Source of the DNA: a virus
Lineage: Duplodnaviria > Heunggongvirae > Uroviricota > Caudoviricetes
Reading direction: 5' to 3' (one strand)
Virus record (IMG/VR): IMGVR_UViG_2606217105_000011
DNA: 13,365 nt
Below, one piece after another: positions 7,826-13,365 of the stretch. A program made the translations under genes and the position numbers. The notes below the pieces were generated by a model that was given only the letters and a program-made list of their open reading frames with translations, searched no databases and was not told the origin of the DNA. How positions within the stretch are numbered: the first letter of the stretch is position 1; the number at the start of each line of letters is the position of its first letter.

Positions 7826-7865
7826 CAGTTGGTTAAAAAGATGAGGGGCCAAGTCCTTAGCCCCT
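7826..7865 (-). terminator. Putative intrinsic terminator (minus-strand orientation) downstream of the small-gene operon
   Basis: Stem AGGGGC(7844..7849)/GCCCCT(7860..7865) with a 10-nt loop. On the minus-strand RNA it is followed by CUCAUCUUUUUAAC. About 265 nt downstream of the last gene of the operon (ends 8130). Confidence 0.35.
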
Positions 7866-8129
7866 GCATTCTTAAGACACAATATGATAAAGCAATAAGG
7901 AAAATAAAATGAAACTATTAACGAGGGAAACAATTTCTAAAAATCACTGTAAAGGGAAAGCGAGGCAGGTTAGATAGGGCGCGACCCCTTGAGGTCTACC
8001 CCGCTTTCGTGTAGGATTAGAATCGGTAGAAGGTTTAACGCCAGCTAACACCTGTTTTCTATTCTGCCCCCTATATTTCTTATTATATAACATTTCTGTT
8101 AGAAAGTCAATAGGTAAATCAAAGTTTTT

Positions 8130-8342
8130 TCAGTTCTTTTCGTTCGTTAACTGCCAATCACCAAATACACAATTACCATCTAAAACAATTGTTTGTTCGT
8201 TACCGTTATCATCGGTTACGTGCATCAGGCGGGTGTAATTGTCGAGATTGCCAGTGTAGATCTTGCCTACTGTGAAGCAATTACCCGCTTTGCCTTCTTC
8301 TGTGAGTGCCAGGAGGCGCACACGTTTAGTTTTTACTGTCAT
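8130..8342 (-). CDS. Hypothetical small protein (70 aa)
   Basis: Start at 8342 overlaps the stop of the upstream gene (translational coupling). Last gene of a minus-strand operon. Confidence 0.45.
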   Translation of the reverse strand: MTVKTKRVRLLALTEEGKAGNCFTVGKIYTGNLDNYTRLMHVTDDNGNEQTIVLDGNCVFGDWQLTNEKN

Positions 8343-8650
8343 TAGTTGTTAGCCTTATCGATTAGTTGTGCTATGAGTGGTTGCAAGTCTGCTACCGCTT
8401 GTTGCATGATTTCAGTGGTGTCATTGATCACGGTAATCAGGTTATTCAGATCATCAGCTTCAATCTGTGCACCTTCGGATTGTTTGCACGCTTCAATAAG
8501 CAATTGCAGTGCTTCCCGCGTCGATTCCAGATTAATAACCGCCTGTGTGATGGTCAGTTCGCTTGGAAAGGTCAGAGCCGCATTAACTGCTTTCTGTAAA
8601 GAAATAATAAGATCGTACATCTGAAGCGTTACGTTGTGTGTAGTGCTCAT
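8342..8650 (-). CDS. Hypothetical small acidic, predicted all-helical protein (102 aa)
   Basis: Start at 8650 overlaps the stop of the upstream gene. Strong excess of D/E over K/R in the translation. Confidence 0.5.
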   Translation of the reverse strand: MSTTHNVTLQMYDLIISLQKAVNAALTFPSELTITQAVINLESTREALQLLIEACKQSEGAQIEADDLNNLITVINDTTEIMQQAVADLQPLIAQLIDKANN

Positions 8651-8871
8651 TATGCCACTTCCTCTAATTGTTCTAATTGTTGTTGTGCTTCGCGTGCTTT
8701 CTTCATAGCGATAGTGAGCGGAATTTTATAAGTTGCAATGCTGTCTATAACGTCATCCAGAATTGCCAGATCGTTCTCTTCCTTTGCTCGTTCGATAATA
8801 TCTATGAAGCATTCTGAAAGAAGCTTGAGATCGTGAAAAGTGGTTGTCTCTAAAATTGCTTTGTTAATCAT
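8650..8871 (-). CDS. Hypothetical small acidic helical protein (73 aa)
   Basis: ATG at 8871 with AAAAGGAAAA SD; stop overlaps the next gene's start at 8650. Confidence 0.5.
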   Translation of the reverse strand: MINKAILETTTFHDLKLLSECFIDIIERAKEENDLAILDDVIDSIATYKIPLTIAMKKAREAQQQLEQLEEVA

Positions 8872-8912
8872 TTTATTTTCCTTTTGTTAAGGGTTATATT
8901 CATCTAATGCTG

Positions 8913-9293
8913 TTAATCGTCAATGTTTACTTTATCAAGTAGAAGTAAGTCTGTTTCTCGAACTCCTGCATATTGCAGGCTATTAAGCGCCATATACCCC
9001 CTAAAATGGGCCATGTCTGAAAATCCCAAACATTGCCATCTTTTAAGAAGACTACTATCAATGATTGTTGTTTTGCGTGGGCGTGGATTGAAGTAAACGC
9101 CAGGCATACTTTGAATGATTGATAATTCTGTGTCTGTTAATTCTGGGCTTGGTTCTTCAAGTATGAAGATCAATTCTTCGCCTGGTTCCGCATCATGCTC
9201 ATAGTTATATTTACGAGGATTGTTTAACGCATACTGATCACATGCTTCGCCAATAGTTGTTATTACGTTTTTCTTACCTTTTTTCTTGCTCAT
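8913..9293 (-). CDS. Hypothetical protein (126 aa), Lys-rich N-terminus
   Basis: ATG at 9293 with GAAGGGGAAG SD. No recognisable motif. Confidence 0.5.
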   Translation of the reverse strand: MSKKKGKKNVITTIGEACDQYALNNPRKYNYEHDAEPGEELIFILEEPSPELTDTELSIIQSMPGVYFNPRPRKTTIIDSSLLKRWQCLGFSDMAHFRGYMALNSLQYAGVRETDLLLLDKVNIDD

Positions 9294-9414
9294 TGCTTCC
9301 CCTTCGTTTTGTTTTTCTTGTTGCAGTGTTAAAAAAGGAAGCGATCATAAATACTAAGAAAAATATTAAGCTTTCCATTGTTTCACCCTTCAAGATGTTT
9401 GATAGTTGTTTGTT

Positions 9415-9633
9415 TTAAGCTACAGAGTCGATTCTGAATGCTTTCATATGAGTTTTGGTATACTGCAATAATCCTTGTTTACTTAGGCTATCGAGAAGAG
9501 CATATAAAAATTGCTCACCTACCACACCGGAAAACTCAGAATCAAACAGAATCATTCCCGTTCTTTCCCGTAAATATTGCAGAAAGGTTTCTTGTGAAAA
9601 TTCGCTATCGAATATGGTCACAGCGCCACCCAC
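9415..9633 (-). CDS. Hypothetical ORF (72 aa from a GTG start, no SD); may be the C-terminal part of a split or frameshifted gene
   Basis: Frame is open from 9651 with a GTG at 9633 and no convincing SD. It overlaps the end of the upstream ORF by 16 nt with a 34-nt two-frame-open window (9618..9651). Confidence 0.25.
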   Translation of the reverse strand: MGGAVTIFDSEFSQETFLQYLRERTGMILFDSEFSGVVGEQFLYALLDSLSKQGLLQYTKTHMKAFRIDSVA

Positions 9634-9875
9634 AATTCGAAAGGGCTTATCTCAAGCAAACGGAACGTCTGACTATTCACAGCCTCATACTTAATTACCC
9701 CAAAATGGCTCAGGTGATTTAACCAGTGCTGTGTGTGTTCTTTACTATGAGGTAACTCCTGCCAGCTGATAATCGCGGGTAGCTCATAATTGCTATCAGC
9801 AAGCTGTTTTGCCAGTGTGTAGCCGCTTTCTGTAATTTCGAATGTTCGTTTGTTTAATGTCAGGTTGTATTTCAT
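9618..9875 (-). CDS. Hypothetical protein (85 aa); possibly the N-terminal part of a frameshifted gene continued by 9415..9633
   Basis: ATG at 9875 with AAGGAGAA SD. Its frame ends at 9618 while the downstream ORF frame is already open from 9651. Confidence 0.45.
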   Translation of the reverse strand: MKYNLTLNKRTFEITESGYTLAKQLADSNYELPAIISWQELPHSKEHTQHWLNHLSHFGVIKYEAVNSQTFRLLEISPFELWVAL

Positions 9876-9887
9876 TTTTTATTCTCC

Positions 9888-10553
9888 TTAAAATGGTATT
9901 GAGTCATAGATTTCACTTTCTTTTCTCAGGGCTATCATCAGTGCATTAAAAGCATCATCTTCAAGAATTATCCTCTTCGAGGTCAGTGCACGTTTTATAA
10001 AATTTTCTGTTTCTTCTTGCATAGGCTTTTGGCTGTCTATGGAAATAAGCCATGTAAAAAGATCAGATTGTTCCGTGATTTCTGCCTGTGTTTCCTGCTC
10101 AATAGAGTGTGTCGCTTCTAACGGTTCCTGTGTTTCAGGTGCAGGCTGTTCTACGTTTACAGAGGTTTTTACGTCTTCCGGTGGTGTGATGTGTGCATCT
10201 GTAAAGGGTAATGCTTTATAGAGTGATGTTTGCCCGTCCCGTGCCTCTACAGAAAGAACACCCATATCAATAAACATATTTATAATATTACGCACCTGAC
10301 GATCACTAACCATTCCAATATTAGCTAATGTTTTTTGATTGGCGTAACATTCTTGCCCTTGTTCATTGAACCCAGCTACGTAACTGTAGATTTCAACGGC
10401 TGGAAGTGTCGCGGTGTATTCCTTACCTGACGGTGAGAACCACTTTTTAAACATCTTCAGCCATTGTTCAACTACTACATATGTTTGTTTACTATCTTTC
10501 TTATTGAGGCATTGCGCTTTTGCTTCGGCAATTGTTTTGGTGTTTTGGTTCAT
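9888..10553 (-). CDS. Winged-helix/HTH DNA-binding protein with acidic linker and C-terminal helical domain (221 aa); candidate replication initiator/replisome organiser or regulator
   Basis: ATG at 10553 with a perfect AAGGAGG SD 6 nt upstream. HTH-like segment NIGMVSDRQVRNIINMFIDMGVL; acidic E/Q/T-rich linker; C-terminal helical region. Functional call is an inference from architecture. Confidence 0.5.
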   Translation of the reverse strand: MNQNTKTIAEAKAQCLNKKDSKQTYVVVEQWLKMFKKWFSPSGKEYTATLPAVEIYSYVAGFNEQGQECYANQKTLANIGMVSDRQVRNIINMFIDMGVLSVEARDGQTSLYKALPFTDAHITPPEDVKTSVNVEQPAPETQEPLEATHSIEQETQAEITEQSDLFTWLISIDSQKPMQEETENFIKRALTSKRIILEDDAFNALMIALRKESEIYDSIPF

Positions 10554-10677
10554 TTAGTTCCTCCTTTGTAAGGACTGTAATTAGTAATTCATTAACAAGT
10601 TTTGGAATTGATTTCCCTTCTGCCTTTGCACGATTTAACAACGCGTTATAAGTTGCAGAATCAAAATTAATATTCAT
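10501..10677 (-). CDS. Ribbon-helix-helix (CopG/Arc/MetJ-like) small DNA-binding protein, 58 aa; not in the supplied ORF track
   Basis: Hand-translated from the minus strand: MNINFDSATYNALLNRAKAEGKSIPKLVNELLITVLTKEELNEPKHQNNCRSKSAMPQ. ATG at 10677 with AGGAGAAGGAG upstream. Beta-strand/helix/G-K-S turn/helix pattern typical of RHH proteins (compare CopG ...MAREMGLSKSAMISVAL...). Its 3' end overlaps the start of the 221-aa gene by 53 nt in another frame. Confidence 0.55.
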   Translation of the reverse strand: MNINFDSATYNALLNRAKAEGKSIPKLVNELLITVLTKEELNEPKHQNNCRSKSAMPQ

Positions 10678-10700
10678 TTGGTTTTCTCCTTCTCCTGTTA

Positions 10701-10883
10701 TTATTCTTTCTCTGCTTCTGCCTTACGCAGTTCATCAATAATTTTTAGTGCATCGTCAAAGCATTTTTCACGCTCTGGATAACCACAGCGCCGCGCTGTG
10801 TTCCTGTTCATCCTTACTTGATGTCGTGTTAGCTCACCTTTTTTAAATGCCTCTACGACGTGTTCCGGTGTATACCATTTCAT
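10701..10883 (-). CDS. Hypothetical small basic protein (60 aa, MKWYTPEHVV...), first gene of the small-gene operon
   Basis: ATG at 10883 with AAGGAG 7 nt upstream. The longer track ORF (to 10916) starts at a GTG with no SD. Confidence 0.45.
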   Translation of the reverse strand: MKWYTPEHVVEAFKKGELTRHQVRMNRNTARRCGYPEREKCFDDALKIIDELRKAEAEKE

Positions 10884-11867
10884 AAAAAACTCCTTATTTA
10901 GATAAAAGAAAAACACACCTTGCAGCCTGACGGCTCAAAGTGCAGTGTTCTGTGATTTGATTATTTAGATGGAGAGAGATGTTTCTCCCCTCCCTACTTA
11001 CAATACTACATAACGGCGGCTTTGTCAACCCTCTTTTATAAAAAATCTGATCATTTTCAATTTCTTATAATTTTTCTTAGCTTTTTGTGCTGCATACTCT
11101 GGTACAATTCTTCCCTGTTGTCTAAAACGCTCTCAATCGCACTCTGACGGGGTTTTGATAAAAACAATACATTCCCTTATGTAGAGGTTGTTTATCTCGT
11201 CGGAGGCTTATTTAAGGGGCTTATTTTTGATTTATCAGATGATGGAAAGATGGTGGATAGATAAACTCTGATTTCAGACATCTTATAAAATACCTGCAAA
11301 GTTCTCAGAAGCTCTGTAACGAGCTAATCTATTACCGCTAAGGTGTTTCCCTTACATTACCCTGTTTAGCTCGCCTACGGCTTGATTTAAGCGGTAGAAT
11401 CTTATTTAACCTTCAACTACAAAAACCATTCTTTCTTTTTTGTTGTTGGTTGTTTTGTCATGTTATGCGTTAGCATCCCCAAAGGGTAACGCGACACTAA
11501 CAACCATTCGCTTACGCTCAGGTTATTGCACAAGTAAATTTCAATCGTTAGATGGTAGTTAGTTAATTATCGTTCTGCGCACAGCGCAAGACTATTAGCC
11601 ATACGCAAGCCGTAGGCTATTTGCACATAGTAGATTACATATTCGTTGTGAGCGGAAAGCGAACATAGATCAGCTAACTACTAACAAAAAACAAAAAACA
11701 AAAACTATCTGTTATGACAAGCATCAGTCTAACTTGTGCAAGGTTCTGGCGAATGCCAATAGATTAAGGGATAGTCGAAGACTCCCTAACGGGTATCCCT
11801 ATAATTATTCTTTAAAAGATAAAAGAATTTATAAAAGATAGTTTAATTGTAGTTTAATTATAGTATT

Positions 11868-11919
11868 GTAGGAACTCATTTCCTGGGTAGGTAGGAACTC
11901 ATTTCCTGGGTAGGTAGGG
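11868..11919. repeat. Tandem direct repeat, 2 copies of a 23-bp unit GTAGGAACTCATTTCCTGGGTAG plus a partial third copy; each unit contains the palindrome AGGAA-N5-TTCCT
   Basis: Seen: 11868..11890 and 11891..11913 are identical, followed by GTAGGG. Internal inverted repeat AGGAA(11870..11874)/TTCCT(11880..11884). Lies in a 1.2-kb ORF-free region. Iteron/operator-like. Confidence 0.7.
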
Positions 11920-12181
11920 AAACCGCACTATACACTGGTAAGTGTCTTGCACAGAAAAAGGTATCAAAAATGTCTAAAGCCCCTTTAGATAAAAATGATA
12001 CCTTTATACATGCGCTAATAGCGCGCATAACAATAACCTACTAACAACTAACTAACTAAAAAGTAAGAAGATGTTGTTATGATTAGTGTATCGCTCAACG
12101 CTCACATCTATCTCTGATCTATAAATTGGTAACTGTCTAACAACAACAAACTGATCCTACCCACGTAATATGGACACAGGC

Positions 12182-13048
12182 CTAAGCGAGGTTCTGGTTT
12201 TCAAATTGTTCCGGACTGAGGCCGCCACACCAACTGTGCCGCCGCCACCGATTGTAATCACATTCGATATAATTAAACACCGTTGCCCGCATTATTTCCC
12301 GGCTGATAAAGTGTTCTCCATGGATACATTCCACTTTCAGCGAATGAAAGAAGCTTTCCACGCAGGCATTATCGTAGCAGCAACCTTTTGCGCTCATACT
12401 TCCACGCAGATTATGCCGCTTCAGTTGCGCCTGATAATCTGCTGAACAGTACTGGCCTCCACGGTCCGTGTGAACGATAACGTTCCGGGGCCTCTTACGC
12501 CGCCACAGCGCCATCTGCAGGGCATCGCAGGCCAGTTGCGCCGTCATGCGTGGCGACATTGACCAGCCAATAACGGCACGTGACCACAGGTCAATGACCA
12601 CTGCCAGATACAGCCAGCCTTCATCTGTACGTAAGTACGTGATGTCTCCTGCCCACTTCTGGTTCGGGCCACTGGCGTAAAAATCCTGCTCCAACAGATT
12701 TTCTGACACAGGCAGGCCGTGTGCGCGGTAGCTGACCGGGCTGAACTTCCGGGAGGCCTTTGCCCTCAGTCCCTGACGGCGCAGGCTTGCCGCCACGGTT
12801 TTTACGTTAAAGGGGTAACCCTGAGCACGCAGTTCATCCGTCAGGCGTGGGGCACCGTAACGCTGTTTTGACCGGGTAAAAGCCGCGAGGACAACGCTGT
12901 CGCAGTGTTGGCGGAACTGCTGACGCGTGCTTATCCTTGTCCGCCGCTGACACCACGTATACCAGCCGCTGCGGGCCACCCGGAGCACGCGGCACATTGC
13001 TTTGATGCTGAACTCAGCCTGATGTTTTTCAATAAAGACATACTTCAT
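12182..13048 (-). CDS. insF: IS3 transposase OrfB (InsF-like, DDE)
   Basis: Translation identical to the 318..1184 ORF. Confidence 0.92.
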   Translation of the reverse strand: MKYVFIEKHQAEFSIKAMCRVLRVARSGWYTWCQRRTRISTRQQFRQHCDSVVLAAFTRSKQRYGAPRLTDELRAQGYPFNVKTVAASLRRQGLRAKASRKFSPVSYRAHGLPVSENLLEQDFYASGPNQKWAGDITYLRTDEGWLYLAVVIDLWSRAVIGWSMSPRMTAQLACDALQMALWRRKRPRNVIVHTDRGGQYCSADYQAQLKRHNLRGSMSAKGCCYDNACVESFFHSLKVECIHGEHFISREIMRATVFNYIECDYNRWRRHSWCGGLSPEQFENQNLA

Positions 13049-13344
13049 TTCAGGCGCTTCGCGAAGTATGTCGCGGCCTTTTGGAGGATAGCCAGCTCTT
13101 CATCCCGTTCTGCCAGCTGGCGTTTGAGACGTGCAATCTCGGTAGACATCTCCAGTTCACGTTCAGAAGACGTCTGCTGATTTTGCTGTTTACTGCGCCA
13201 GTTGTAGAGCTGTGATTCATACAGGCTGAGTTCACGGGCTGCGGCAGTAACACCGATGCGTTCAGCAAGCTTCAGGGCTTCACTGCGAAATTCAGGCGAA
13301 TGCTGTTTACGGGGTTTTTTACTGGTTGATACTGTTTTTGTCAT
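13045..13344 (-). CDS. insE: IS3 transposase OrfA (InsE-like)
   Basis: Translation identical to copy A orfA; ATG start placed at the mirrored position of 22. Confidence 0.92.
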   Translation of the reverse strand: MTKTVSTSKKPRKQHSPEFRSEALKLAERIGVTAAARELSLYESQLYNWRSKQQNQQTSSERELEMSTEIARLKRQLAERDEELAILQKAATYFAKRLK

Positions 13345-13365
13345 GTGAGTCACCTCTGACTGAGA

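Larger units (their letters stand above)
12152..13365 (-). mobile_element. IS3 copy B, inverted relative to copy A, partial; outer (IRL) end beyond the window end
   Basis: Mirror image of copy A: terminus TGATCCTACCCACG at 12152..12165; ORF-track proteins identical to those of copy A. Confidence 0.93.

Noticed and set aside
7251-8129. Retron (msr/msd) non-coding RNA
   Set aside because: No reverse transcriptase gene anywhere in the window; the inverted repeats seen are not flanking a candidate msd in the typical arrangement.
8346-10221. Plus-strand track ORFs antisense to the small-gene operon (8346..8624, 8366..8599, 9438..9722, 9455..9694, 10039..10221)
   Set aside because: Antisense to SD-supported, translationally coupled minus-strand genes; no ribosome-binding context.
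10884-10916. Longer version of the first operon gene starting MFFFYLNKEFF (track ORF 10701..10916)
   Set aside because: The upstream start is a GTG without SD and the extension is poly-Phe encoded by T-runs. The ATG at 10883 has an AAGGAG SD at ideal spacing.
11868-11919. Tandem repeats as a CRISPR array or toxI-like type III antitoxin repeats
   Set aside because: Only two full units, directly abutting with no spacers, no cas genes and no adjacent toxin-sized ORF. Iteron/operator interpretation fits better.
11880-11919. Similarity of TGGGTAGG in the tandem repeats to the IS3 terminus (GGGTAGGATCA)
   Set aside because: Only an 8-mer match, expected by chance at this scale. Not evidence of an IS3 end remnant.
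12036-12060. CTAACTAACTAA-type three-frame stop sequence as sign of an engineered construct
   Set aside because: The surrounding context (IS3, phage genes, natural SD-spaced operons) is natural, and the CTAAC motif recurs in diverged forms across the region, so it looks like a native repeated motif rather than a synthetic stop cassette.
1976-12135. Shared short words between the int-upstream region and the far-end region (GGTAACTG at 2056..2063 and 12128..12135; ATAAATTGG at 1978..1986 and 12122..12130) as att core repeats
   Set aside because: Matches are only 8 to 9 bp, within chance expectation for regions of this size, and are not colinear. Insufficient to call att sites.

Overview
The window is bracketed by two apparently identical, inverted copies of IS3 (1..1214 and 12152..13365, each cut by the window edge), enclosing about 10.9 kb of AT-richer, phage-like accessory DNA. 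Left to right, the interior holds: (1) a signal-peptide-bearing GH15-like gene whose 3' end runs into the IS3 terminus (truncated); (2) a tyrosine integrase; (3) a compact minus-strand operon with a lambda gpE-like major capsid protein, a small upstream capsid-accessory candidate, a small HTH protein and a 613-aa coiled-coil/Gly-rich structural protein; (4) an ORF-poor stretch of about 0.9 kb with terminator-like hairpins on both strands and a 10-bp perfect inverted repeat; (5) a tightly packed minus-strand operon of nine small genes, including a ribbon-helix-helix ORF absent from the ORF track that overlaps a winged-helix protein gene; (6) a 1.2-kb ORF-free region with tandem 23-bp palindrome-containing repeats. 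No terminase, portal, protease, tail, lysis, rRNA, tRNA or CRISPR features were found. The most interesting reading is a capsid-encoding, integrase-bearing satellite-like or heavily reduced prophage element with its own candidate replication/regulatory module, possibly mobilised or rearranged by the flanking IS3 pair. All homology calls are from reading the translations by eye, not from searches.
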